Below, in pieces: positions 1 through 10,584 of a stretch of 64,000 nt of DNA (the first letter of the stretch is position 1; every line of letters starts with the position of its first letter). The stretch lies in assembly GCA_951406725.2 (NCBI GenBank), contig OX597815.1, positions 32,674,001 to 32,738,000 on the forward strand. The letters are read 5' to 3'. A model generated the notes under the pieces. It did no database searches, was not told the DNA's origin, and saw only the letters and a program-made list of their open reading frames with translations. The DNA is from Octopus vulgaris. Lineage: Eukaryota. The position numbers were made by a program, and so were the translations under genes.

Positions 1-56
1 CTGTTTCAACACACGATTTCACATAAAAAATCTTGCACAACAAATATATAAATGTA

Positions 57-133
57 GCAAAATTTTTACTTTTCAAAAATTCCAGTTCTAAAGGGTCGAA
101 ACAAACCCGAGCAACACCGGGCGATACTGCTAG
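57..133 (+). mobile_element. Non-autonomous Helitron, 3' end fragment
   Basis: Subterminal hairpin CCCG-AGCAACAC-CGGG, then CTAG (130-133) followed by T; same end as 1618-1672. Confidence 0.75.
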
Positions 134-689
134 TATATATATATATATATATTCTAATTCTACAGGCATCAAAGAAAAAATTACTAGCTAAATGTATTTG
201 ATGATTATGATGATGACAATGTATGCATATGTGTGTGTGTGTGTGTGAAGATTAACTGAAGTAAAGCTCTCTATTATGTACCAAGTACTCTTTCCTTTGT
301 TGTCTGATAGCTTGCACACACATACTCTCACCATGGCCCTCATACACACACACACACACACATATATATATGTATATGTATTTGTTGTGGAGGAATGTGT
401 CATACAGATAGATTAGTGTCTCAGTGAGTGAGTGCATTTATATAGATTGAAGGAGAAAAGCAGGTGAATGCAAGGTATTAAATGATGGCTTACTGAATGC
501 AAGGCAAGGAGGGGGAAGAAGAAGAAGAAGAACACTAGCTGCATGATTGGATAAATGGCTGAGATTTTTGGATTAGATGAATGATTCAATCAAACTACAG
601 ATTAGCAAGCTAATATATATTTCATACTCCTTGTATGTGTTATGAGTGTGTGTTGTGAATGCATCTATTTATAATATACACTCAAAAGT

Positions 690-948
690 AATTTCGTTCT
701 TGGATTTGGTTTGCAAGATTCTTTATATGAGTTCGTGTGTTGAAGCATATTCTGTTCTGTCTGGGGAGAGTCATTTTCTTTTTGTGCCTTATAATGTAAC
801 ACACTCACAGTTAGAATTTCCACTTATTTCTTATTTTTATTTTCCTAAACGAAAATTTTAGGAAAATAAAAATAAGAAATAAGTGGAGATTTTACCGGTG
901 AGTGTGTTACATGATAAGGCACAAAAAGAAAATGACTCTCCTCAGACA
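690..948. repeat. Foldback (palindromic) repeat, probably Penelope-like-element derived
   Basis: About 92-bp arms 758-849 and 857-948 are near-perfect reverse complements; the flank 690-790 resembles 16497-16600 and, inverted, 1-45. Confidence 0.7.
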
Positions 949-1178
949 CAATTCAAAGGTAAACACATATGTATATAATCATACATTCTACATACAGTAG
1001 TTGTCACTTCTGTTTTAATTTATCTTTCTTTCTCTTTTCCTTTCTCATTCCCTTATTCTCTGTCTCTGTCTGTCTGTCTTGCTCACAAACACACACAGAC
1101 ACACACACACACTTGCAATGTTCCTTTGCCCATATAGCTGAAAAATTGGAAGGTGACTTCTCTCAATAGCTTCAAACG

Positions 1179-1233
1179 ATGGAGCAAGTCTTGAGTTTGT
1201 ATCTTCTCCTCGGTGTGTTACTGGTAATTAGTG
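1179..1233 (+). CDS. Candidate start-codon exon encoding a signal-peptide-like segment MEQVLSLYLLLGVLL(VISG)
   Basis: Acceptor ttcctttgcccatatag ends at 1137; ATG at 1179 in context acgATGG with an upstream in-frame stop; hydrophobic run; GT donors at 1224 or 1234. No homology evidence. Confidence 0.3.
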
Positions 1234-1307
1234 GTACATATTTTATCCAAAGAGATCATTTTCTAAGTAGTTAGATAATCTACTAGAAATAGCTGATATA
1301 TATATTA

Positions 1308-1672
1308 TCTATATATATAAAGCTGAAGTTGTCTGTGTGTGGCAGGTTTGGTAGCCTTCAACTAACACTATCTCCTCTGAGACCCTGCGGCGCAAGTTGA
1401 CCAAAATTGAGAGTATGAAAGAAGGAGGCTTGCTCTTCCTTTCATAGAAGATAAAATTCAAATCGGACCATGTTAACACCAAAAATTATTTACATCAAAA
1501 AGGTGCTTTTTTTCTATGAAAATCCCTATTTTTTACGATTTTTTGACTGCTGTGTTGTCATTTTTTGGTGTATTTCAACCAGAAAAATGTTCACTTAAAG
1601 AGAATAACAAGCTACTTAATGCAAAATTTTTACTTTTCAACAAGCCTGAGCAACACTGGGCTATAGTGCTAG
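1308..1672 (+). mobile_element. Non-autonomous Helitron, complete, 365 bp
   Basis: Starts TC(TATATATATAAA) after an A, ends with a degenerate hairpin and CTAG before a T; A|T target, no TSD. Confidence 0.85.
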
Positions 1673-1684
1673 TATGTATATATA

Positions 1685-1738
1685 ACAAAGAATAAAGATG
1701 AAAAATGGAATATACGAGAAACTTTATTACTCATGTAT

Positions 1739-1785
<47 letters not shown>

Positions 1786-1960
1786 TGCATATACATATAC
1801 TCATATCTACACATGTACACATATAAATGCATATATGCACACACACATGTTAGTTACTCTCAGAAGTAGGTCCATGCCAATAGCTTTTCTAGACTCTCCT
1901 AGGCTGATGATAAGGGGCATCTTAGTAAATTTGATTCTCTTGATATTCTGCTATCTGTTT
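1685..1960 (+). repeat. Left arm of a ~275-bp long-range inverted repeat
   Basis: Reverse complement of 3732-4006; ORFs 1733+ and 3785- give near-identical peptides. Confidence 0.9.
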
Positions 1961-1994
1961 TCTATATATTCTTATAATAAATAGCTGATAAATT

Positions 1995-2178
1995 ATAGCT
2001 GATAAAAATAGCTCCAAAATTACACCCTACCATCATAAATGAAGAATATATTAAGCTGTGTAGTCCAAGAGTTACGGTCTGAGAATAAAAGGAGATGGCC
2101 ATGGTTAGGACATCATTAATCATTTTGCCAAGTAGATCAGGGAAGACCCGTGGCTAAACAACAACAACAACAACAACT
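1995..2178 (-). mobile_element. Old interspersed repeat, family H
   Basis: Similar to 4665-4880, 49730-49930 and 59565-59750; (AAC)n end. Confidence 0.5.
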
Positions 2179-2387
2179 AGTTGTTACTTCATAAACTCTG
2201 ATGATGCAAAGAGGATATAAAATCTAACAAAGCAACTGGCCATAACTGAAGTCGTTACGCATGAATATATTTTCTAGCAATTTTATCACTTCATCAATTC
2301 CACTCTGTATAAGCACACATATGGCCCATTGTACAGCATCAGATTTTACATCTTCTTGAGTCTCAGTTTAAAGACAAGGGCCTAAAG

Positions 2388-2865
2388 TCATCATCATCAT
2401 TGTTTTCCATGCTAGCATGGATTGGACGGTTCGACCAGGGGTCTGGGAAGCCAGGAGGCTGCACCAGGCTCCAGTCTGATCTGGCAGTGTTTCTACAGCT
2501 GGATGCCCTTCCTAACACCAACCACTCCGTGAGTGTAGTGGGTGCTTTTTACATGCCACCGGCACGGGCCAGAGGAGGCTGGCAAACGGCCACGATCGGT
2601 TGGTTCTTTTACGTGTCACCGACATGGACGCCAGTCCGATGGTTCTGGCATCTGCCACATTCGAACGATGCTTTTTATGTGTCACCGGCACAGGTATCTT
2701 AACTGCAATTTTCCTTTGATTTTTATTTTGATGTTGGTGTTGACATACTTGACTCAATAGGTCTCCTCAAGAACAGCAGGTCACTCTATGATCCAAGGTT
2801 AGCACAGGAGGCCGTCCTGCGAGCCATGAACTCACTTTATTAGTCAGGTTTTCACAGTCAGCATA
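2388..2865 (-). mobile_element. SINE-like family B with (GAT)n tail and internal tandem repeats
   Basis: Core ttccatgctagcatgg...ttctacagctggatgcccttcctaac recurs more than 12 times in the window. Confidence 0.85.
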
Positions 2866-3069
2866 TCTGAAACTCTTGTATATAAAGAGAAAGAATCCAT
2901 ATCAGTCACCCGTAAGTAAGTAGGATCTGATAGCATATACCATGCATTCACTAATTGCTTTAGGTACCTATGTAATAATGAGAAAAGATACCTATTCTGA
3001 CCCTTCACCCTTGACCACTCAGTGGAATATCAAGGATGTGACAGCTGGAGAGAGATATGGCTGTACCAG

Positions 3070-3457
3070 AACTTAGCTGAGTGGACTGGAGCAACATGAA
3101 ATGAAGTGTCTTGGTTAAGGACTGTTATAAACCCAAACTCAAATATCAAAGTTTAAAAGGTTTTAATCGACTAATAATACAGCAATACACAATACATACA
3201 AAGATTGCTAAATTGTAAGCAAAACCAAACTTCAACACAATAACATTTTATGCAGCGAGTTGCTATATTCTAGACTAAAACTAAAATCAATGCTGAACAT
3301 GTCATCTGCAAACAGAACAGACTCTGCGAATTCGCACTGCAGGTATATAACAGCAATCGAGACAATCAAAATCACGTGATCAAAACTAAAATCACAACAA
3401 GGACATAATGCATCAAACCTCTGGCTTTATGATCATAGGTTCAGCACTCTAACTACT
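3070..3457 (-). mobile_element. Family D SINE split by a solo LTR
   Basis: gtggactggagcaacatgaaatgaagtgtcttg is the reverse complement of the family D core; the sequence resumes after 3404. Confidence 0.65.
3123..3399 (-). mobile_element. Solo LTR, 277 bp
   Basis: TGTT...AACA termini; 5-bp TSD AGGAC at 3118-3122 and 3400-3404; orientation inferred from TATA-like and ATTAAA motifs on the minus strand. Confidence 0.8.
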
Positions 3458-3731
3458 ATAATATATACCTCGCAGATCTTTCTGCCTCACTATATCCAGA
3501 CTCATATATAAACGTTTATATTTGTACATGGCTTGCTATATAGTATGCTATATAAAGCACACTTTACATACAATCCGTGTATGCAGAAAACATTGACCTA
3601 CTTTAAACAAGTTTTGTGCACATTTATGTGGGACCTAGTCTTTTCAGACTGGTTTGACACTTTCATAACCTGTACAAAAGAGCAGACAGTTAAAGTTGTG
3701 ACTGTGTTCATCTATGGGCGTTTTGCTATTC

Positions 3732-3905
3732 AAACAGAAAACAGAACATCAAGAGAATCAAATTTACTGAGATGCCCCTTATCATCAGTTAGGAGAGTCT
3801 AGAAAAGCTATTGGCATGGACCTACTTCTGAGAGTAACTAATATGTGTGTGCGCATGTATGCATTTATAGGTGTACATGTGTAGATATGAGTATATGTAT
3901 ATGCA

Positions 3906-3958
<53 letters not shown>

Positions 3959-4005
3959 GAATAATAAAGTTTCTCGTATATTCAATTTTCTATCTCTATC
4001 CTTTG

Positions 4006-4006
<1 letters not shown>
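3732..4006 (-). repeat. Right arm of the long-range inverted repeat
   Basis: Reverse complement of 1685-1960; both outer ends abut (TA)n. Confidence 0.9.
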
Positions 4007-4042
<36 letters not shown>

Positions 4043-4101
4043 ATATATATATATATATATATACTTTATTTAAAGCAGCAGAAAATTCAACAAAACCTGT
4101 T

Positions 4102-4136
4102 ACTCTGAGTTTCCCGTTGCCGTTCATCGGACAGTT
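4102..4136 (-). ncRNA. Degenerate minimal hammerhead-like motif in an ~80-bp insert within (TA)n
   Basis: Minus strand ACTGT CCGATGA A-CG-GCAA-CG-G GAAA C TC AGAGT; core variant and one stem I mismatch. Confidence 0.4.
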
Positions 4137-4140
4137 TTTG

Positions 4141-4195
<55 letters not shown>

Positions 4196-4664
4196 AATAA
4201 AAACCTCAAAAAGCCTTGTGAAATATAGCTATCCATGGTTTCCAATCCCAAATACTAATCTATTTCATAAGTAATATAAAGCTGGTAAAAACAAACAAGA
4301 TGGTTTAGTAAAAGCATTCAATACAATTGATGTTTTAAATGAGCATGTGCAATTTAGAGGATGGAGAGAAATCAAGGGGAGATAATCAATTGTAAAGAAC
4401 TCCGTTTTATGAATATCAAAAATTATATAAACCAACACTGGCATGCATGCACAGGCACACACACACATATGTGGGAATGATGGGTGGTGATGGTGGTGGC
4501 AGTGATGATGGTAGCAGTAGTAGTGACAAGGTGGAGAAAGAGAAGGCCATGGAAAAGGAGGAAGACAGGGCAGTTGTACGTTGAAGATATGTGATTTGAG
4601 TTCAACATTTATTAAAGAGCAGTGACTGATTTGCTTGATTCTTGAATGTAAGGGACAAATCATT

Positions 4665-4880
4665 GTTGTTTTTGTTGTTTAGCTCCAAGTTGTCCCTGAT
4701 CACGTGAATGTATGATCAAAGCCCTTCAAGCTGTGGTTTTCCCCTCTAATTTTCATATCCTAGATTTGATAGATTATCTGTTTTGTCTATTTTTATTACC
4801 AATGTTAGAGTGTGGTTTGAGAGATGCTTAGCTGCTATGTCTTGTGGGTCAGACAACCATGTATGAGTACCTTCAGTTGG
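4665..4880 (+). mobile_element. Old interspersed repeat, family H
   Basis: gttgttgtttagctcc...tatgatcaaag...gtgtggtttgagagatgcttagctgcta is shared with other copies. Confidence 0.5.
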
Positions 4881-4922
4881 TGTGAATAAATCTTGGTGAT
4901 CAGGCAAGGTCAAAAAATTCTC

Positions 4923-4982
4923 TAGAGAAACACAATGAAGTCTATTTTTAAATAGAGAAACCTAATGAAGTCTATTTTTAAA
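4923..4982. repeat. 30-bp tandem duplication
   Basis: tagagaaac(ac/ct)aatgaagtctatttttaaa x2. Confidence 0.85.
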
Positions 4983-5384
4983 AAAGGCTGTTTATCATTG
5001 GTCTGAGCTGGATGAAAGGGTTGTGTTAAACACCTTTACAGGCCATCTAAACTGATATGATTGACATGGATAATGTTTCTTTTGAAAAGTAAAAAGTTGA
5101 AGGAATTCTAGCTGGATGACATTCTGGGGAACAGGAAAGGTAGACTGAGAGTAAGAGTTACTGTAGTGCATAAGGTGTTCATAACTTGGTTTCTGTGTTC
5201 AACTTCTGGCCAAACCCTGTCAATAATGCTGCATTAGGTTTCTAGAAATATGACATTGGGGATAAGTTCTTTTGCATATTATGTAAGCAGCTAGATGTGA
5301 GTAGAAGCTGGATGTAAAAGAGCCTTTTGGCACTAAGCCCCAATCACCTGTGAAAAATAAATGCCTAGGTGGTGAAATATGATC

Positions 5385-5609
5385 TTTGCAGCATTAAGGC
5401 CCATAACTTGAAGAGTATCCAGTTGCTTTCCTCCAAATTTTCAACAAATATTAATCAGGTTCCATCAATTGTTGTTGACTAAAAAAAATTTCCAATGCTG
5501 ACTATGGGCCTCACCAAAATGCAGATTAATCAGATTTGAGTATACTGCACTAGGCCTTATCTTTGTTTAGGCCATTTTCTGATGATAAAATATTGACACT
5601 ACTCATGCA
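5385..5609 (+). repeat. Direct repeat, copy 1 (~225 bp)
   Basis: Roughly 90% identical by eye to 7401-7626. Confidence 0.9.
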
Positions 5610-5624
5610 GTTTCATAGAAGTGA

Positions 5625-5958
5625 TGACAAATGACTGAGACTTCTGGTGATTTGCTTTGCTTGAGAAAATATGTCAAGGTAAGTGAAATTATGGTTGTGG
5701 CTGGAGATGGTGATACACAAAAGGCACCCATGCTGGTGACATGTAAAAAACACCTGTGCCAGGTGTAGAAGACTCCCAGTACACTTTGTAGAAAGGTTGG
5801 CATTAGGATGGGCACCCAACTGTAGAAACCACACCAACTCTCGGGCGCAATTCTCTGTCTTATCAACTCCAGTCAAACTGTCTAACCCATGCTAACATAG
5901 AAAACAGATGTTAAACAACGACGACGACGATGATGATGATGATAATGATGATGATGAT
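5625..5958 (+). mobile_element. Family B SINE-like
   Basis: ggttggcattaggatgggcacccaactgtagaaac...(GAT)n tail. Confidence 0.75.
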
Positions 5959-6652
5959 GCTAAAGTAGATACACTCCCAATTAAAAGCTTATTCAAATTT
6001 TTAACAGTATATGAAATAATTAAAACTTGCTGTTTCTAACTGCAGGTTTTATTTATTTCATATACAATGGAAACTGTTGAAAATCACTAAGAGACAGTAA
6101 GGTAACTAAAGAAACTCTTGTTATATGTGCACCTGTTTTATTTGATGAGTTTCATAAGGACACAGTCATAGAGTAGATAAGTGAATTAGTCAGAAGCAAG
6201 TTGTTGGTCATATCTCTTATTTCATTCACTTGTATTATACAACAGGAAATACTACATGCAAAAGTAAGATTTAAAGGTTTCAAGCTCGTGACAAGAGTCG
6301 TGACAAAGATAAGTATAGTCAATCTGGTTGCTGTCAAGGGCTTGTTTAAATGAGAATTTAATTTATTTTTATGTGGTGTTGAATCGGTTTATAATGGTTT
6401 ATGTACAATGGTTGAGTTGTGGCCAAGTACTTAAAAGGCTTGCTTAATGCTTATGTGAAATCAGACTATCTTTAGATATGAAAAGCATAGAACATAATTT
6501 TCCTCAACTAAATGATTCTGTACAACCCAGTAAATTTGTTTTTCGGGGATTTTTCATACCACCAGAATAAACGTAGTTTTAAATCACATATTACAACAGG
6601 TTTTTGAAAAATCTATTGACATAATAATATTGATTAAAGAGAAAATTCTGCA

Positions 6653-6808
6653 TAGGTGTAGCTGTGTGGTAAGAAGCTTGCTTCCCAACCACATGATTTG
6701 GGGTTCAGTCCCACTGTGTGACACCTTGATCAAGAGTCATCTACTATAGCCTTGGGCTAAACAAAAAAAAAGTGAGTGGATCTGGGAGACAGAAACTGAA
6801 AGAAGCCT
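6653..6808 (+). mobile_element. Family A tRNA-derived SINE, 5' half
   Basis: gctgtgtggtaag head and gggttcagtccc B-box-like motif. Confidence 0.8.
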
Positions 6809-6822
6809 ATAGTATATCTATC

Positions 6823-7224
6823 TCTTTACTCTTTTACTTGTTTCAGTCATTTGACTGCGGCCATGCTGGAGCACCGCCTTTAATCGAGCGACTCGACCCC
6901 GGGACTTATTCTTTTTGTAAGCCCAGTACCTATTCTATCGGTCTCTTTTGCCGAACCGCTAAGTAACGGGGACATAAACACACCAGCATCAGTTGTCAAG
7001 CAATGCTAGGGAGACAAACACAGACACACAAACACACACACGCATATATATATATACATATATACGACGGGCTTCTTTCAGTTTCCGTCTACCAAATCCA
7101 CTCACAAGGCTTTGGTCGGCCCGAGGCTATAGTAGAAGACATTTGCCCAAGGTGCCACGCAGTGGGACTGAACCCGGAACCATGTGGTTGATAAGCAAGC
7201 TACTTACCACACAGCCACTCCTGC
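6823..7224 (-). mobile_element. Family A tRNA-derived SINE, full length (CORE-like centre)
   Basis: Near-identical to 62974-63373; A/B boxes, accttgggcaa CORE-like motif, internal (TA)/(TG) tract, (gtaaaaga) tail. Confidence 0.9.
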
Positions 7225-7400
7225 TGGATGTGTGTCTGTATGTTTGTCATGTCATTATAACTTGAGATCCACACAACTGGTTTTAATGAAGTTTTACACA
7301 TGCATTACATAGGATCCATGGAGTGTCATGGGCCCCAAAAATGTTTAACTTCTTGCCTAATACGGGCCCAGGGGCAAATAAACTGCATTTTTTAAGCATT

Positions 7401-7626
7401 TTTGCAGCATTAAGGCTCATAACTTGAAGAGTATCCAGTTGCTTTCCTCCAAATTTTCAACAAACATTAATCAGGCTCCATGAATTGTTGTTGACTAAAA
7501 AAAATTTCCGTTGCCAACTATGGGCCCCACCAAAATGCAGATTAATCAGATTTGAGTATACTGCACTAGGCTTTATTTTTGTTTTAGGCCATTTTCCAAT
7601 GATAAACTATTGACACTACTTATGCA
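7401..7626 (+). repeat. Direct repeat, copy 2
   Basis: Matches 5385-5609. Confidence 0.9.
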
Positions 7627-7969
7627 TAATAAGTAGCATTTAATATTTCATGAAAACCTTTTTGTCCAATTTGGCAGAGGAATTGGGAAGAGAATAAAAA
7701 TTTTTGATGGCACCCTGTTGATGCTTCATGTTAACATCCTGTGCACCAGTGAGCTATATGTATGTGTGTACCGCTGGATAAAGGCACAAAAAAATCTATT
7801 CATCCATTCTCCAGAAGTGCCCTGTTGATGTTTCACCTTTCCAATCCTGTGCAAAGCAGCATGGCCTGGCAGCATGTCTGCTTTCTATGTCAACCATCTC
7901 TGAACTATATAATGCAAAATGTTCATACAAAAAAAAAAAAAAAAACTGCTGTTGTGACACACACCGTGT

Positions 7970-8208
7970 AACAGTTCTATATTTAAGAGATGAGGAATTA
8001 TGTACATTATTTACACTATTTACATTTGACAGATATTTGTCCTCATCTTGTTTGTTGTTAACACAACGTTTCGGCTGATATACTTTCCAGCCTTCATCAG
8101 GTGTCTTGGGGAGATTTCGAACCTGGATATTTTTCGATATTATTATTATTATTATTATTATTTGGGTCACTGCCTGGAATCGAACTTGGAATCTTGGGGT
8201 TAGTTGCC
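7970..8208 (-). mobile_element. Short element (family G): partial tRNA-like head, (AAT)n spacer, hammerhead ribozyme, tail
   Basis: Minus strand: B box GTTCGATTCC (8185-8176), (AAT)n 8160-8140, hammerhead core 8105-8060. Confidence 0.65.
8060..8105 (-). ncRNA. Minimal type I hammerhead ribozyme
   Basis: GACAC CTGATGA A GGCTG-gaaagtatat-CAGCC GAAA C GTT GTGTT: stem I GACAC/GTGTT, stem II GGCTG/CAGCC, palindromic AACGTT stem III, GUU triplet. Confidence 0.8.
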
Positions 8209-8210
8209 TG

Positions 8211-8280
8211 GGAATATGGCGTAGTGGTTAAAAGTGTGAGCTACTTATTCCAAGTTCAATTCCAAGCAGTGACCTGAATG
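8211..8280 (+). mobile_element. Inverted copy of the family G tRNA-like head
   Basis: A box TGGCGTAGTGG 8217-8227 and B-box-like GTTCAATTCC 8254-8263; ends gcagtgacc like the minus-strand head. Confidence 0.7.
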
Positions 8281-8334
8281 ATGATGATGATGGTGGTGGT
8301 GTTGGTGGTGGTGGTGATGATGATGATGATAATG

Positions 8335-8735
8335 AAATGCCGTGATGCAATGCCAGACAGTGATTCTCATGGCTTCTGATCTTAACTGATTGGAAGTGTT
8401 ATCATGTACATTGTTTTGTCTTGGTATAAAAGATGGGCTACAGAAAATATTCTGCTCAGTACCACAGATTTGCTTGTCAGCTGTTTGACCTTAACCAGTT
8501 GACCATGTCCCAGAAGTAGTGGGGGATCATCATAGGCATGTGTTGAGAGGAATTCTTAGAGGTTTGTATAATTCACCTTCGGAAACATGGGTGGTTCGTT
8601 CAACATCCTTAAACAATCCTTATTCAGGGACCTTTTGAGTGGGATGGGCAACTCAACCAGAAGAAAATTCTAACTGGTCCCCATCTGCAAGGTCATGCAC
8701 TGTTTATTTTTATATGAGATCACCATACCATGTTT
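8335..8735 (+). mobile_element. Family F non-coding interspersed repeat, (AAT)n-associated
   Basis: Matches 26568-27085, 21828-22230 (minus) and 44945-45142. Confidence 0.85.
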
Positions 8736-9028
8736 TTTTTATTAATTTTTTTTTGCACAGTAAGGTCTGGCGAACCTATTTACACATACGCATACTTATC
8801 TGTTAAAATTAAAATATATTATTTGGTATCGAACTATGATAAAGTTATTTAGAGGCCTGATGATTGGGGTTACATTTCAAGAAATGTTCCTGTAAAACAC
8901 TGCGTGCTTAAGGAACTGTAAAAGAACTTCAAGAAACACATGTAGCAGAGAAATGAGTAGTAAGTAAAAAATTAAAATTCTTTTATATGGTGGGATGAAG
9001 GGGACTACTATCTCTAAATAACATATAT

Positions 9029-9257
9029 TTCTTTACTACCCACAAGGGGCTAAACATAGAGGGGACAAACAAGGACAGAGAAAGGGATTGAGTTGACTAC
9101 ATCGATCCAGTGCGAAACTGGTACTTTATTTATCGACCCCGAGAGGATGAAAGGCAAAGTCAACCTCGGTGGAATTTGAACTCAGAATGTAACGACAGAC
9201 GAAATACGGCTATGCATTTCGTCCGGCGCGCTAACGTTTCTGCCAGCTTGCCGCCTA
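9029..9257 (-). mobile_element. Family C tRNA-derived SINE (Meta/Deu-like centre) with 14-bp TSD
   Basis: TSD taaataacatatat at 9015-9028 and 9258-9271; core gcctttcatcct..ggggtcgataaat..gtaccag. Confidence 0.9.
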
Positions 9258-9353
9258 TAAATAACATATATATGTACATATATATATGTATATATTTGTA
9301 TATATATATATGTTTATATGTGTGTATGTATGTATGTATGCATGTATATCTAA

Positions 9354-9576
9354 GTGTGTGTGTCTTTGTGTTTGTTTTTGTTCCCCCACCACCGTTTGAC
9401 AAATGATGTTGATGTGTTTGCATCCCTATAACTTAGTGGTTCAGTAAAAGAGACTGATGGAATAAATACCAGGCTTAAAAAAGAAGTACTGGGGTCGATT
9501 CATTTGGCTAAAAATTCAAGGCAGTGCCCCAGCATGGCCACAATTAAATGAATGAAACAAGTAAAAGATAAAAGAC
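9354..9576 (+). mobile_element. Family A SINE, 3' half
   Basis: ggggtcgattcatt...ccagcatggccac...aaacaagtaaaaga. Confidence 0.8.
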
Positions 9577-10497
9577 AAAAAATATTTCAAGGAGATTTAG
9601 AAAGTATATTTCAAAAACTACACAAAACCAAAGAAATTTTTTGAAGATACCATTCGCAGAACCTTTAACATGCAAAACTATTTATAGAAGTTTCAGGGGC
9701 AACAACAGAACAGTTTTCTTTTGAAGTTAAAGAAATCAATACAGTTTATAAAATACCCTAATGAATCTCAAATTTGAAATTAGATGTGTTTGTGTAGTTG
9801 GATTTTATGATCTAGTAATATAGTTAGTTAAATTCCAATCCAATCCTATTTGAATGCAAACTGTATTTAGAGCCTGATTTAAAAGAAATTGTACATAAAT
9901 GTGAATAAACATTCTGACTTTGAACAGGTGAAAGTGTGAAACAGATTTCTCAAAAATTTTGATGCTAAAATTCTTACAAAAGCAATCCTAGCTATCTTCT
10001 CAAATGAAACAGCAGTCCAAATGTTGAATAATATCAAAACAAGCAAGAGAAACATGTGATGATTTGAATGCTCCTATCTAACATTAAATTGTACAAGATA
10101 TATCCTTCCTATAATACTACTCAAACTCCGTAATAAAAAGGTCAGGTAACTGGGTTTTTTCTTTTTGCTGATTTGGGCTAAATAACTCTTTCACCAATTT
10201 ATCTATAAAATATGCACTATAGTGAAAATTACTTATAAGATTGGTCATGAGTTTAAAGTCTGTTGTTCTTCAATGAAAGAGCCTTATGCAGCCATGCAAC
10301 CTGGTAGAAGTAACAGCTAAATTCCCTTTTAATTTCACTCTACCGTTTTATTAACTGCTCATTTTACTTTACTAAAATTAGATACTGATTTCATGCTACA
10401 GTTAGCAATAAAAATAGCATTGAACCATATGATTAATATTCCTTTGATATACAAATGTCAAAATTTGCTCAAAAAGAAAGCAAAATTACAACACCAA

Positions 10498-10498
10498 C

Positions 10499-10582
<84 letters not shown>
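10498..10582. repeat. (TAA)n microsatellite
   Basis: Perfect trinucleotide run. Confidence 0.95.

Positions 10583-10584
<2 letters not shown>

Noticed and set aside
2198-2270. CTGATGA-TGC...GCA-TGAAT hammerhead-like spacing
   Set aside because: No GAAA and no convincing stems I or III.
6772-7265. Recurrent ORFs (DGLLSVSVYQIHSQGFG, RASFSFRLPNPLTRLW) seen many times in the track
   Set aside because: Translations of family A SINE copies, not a gene family.
8211-8280. Possible tRNA gene
   Set aside because: A and B boxes present but no complete cloverleaf; the same applies to the D and E heads.
9720-10200. Possible hAT transposase C-terminal remnant
   Set aside because: Only vague motif resemblance; no TIR or TSD established.
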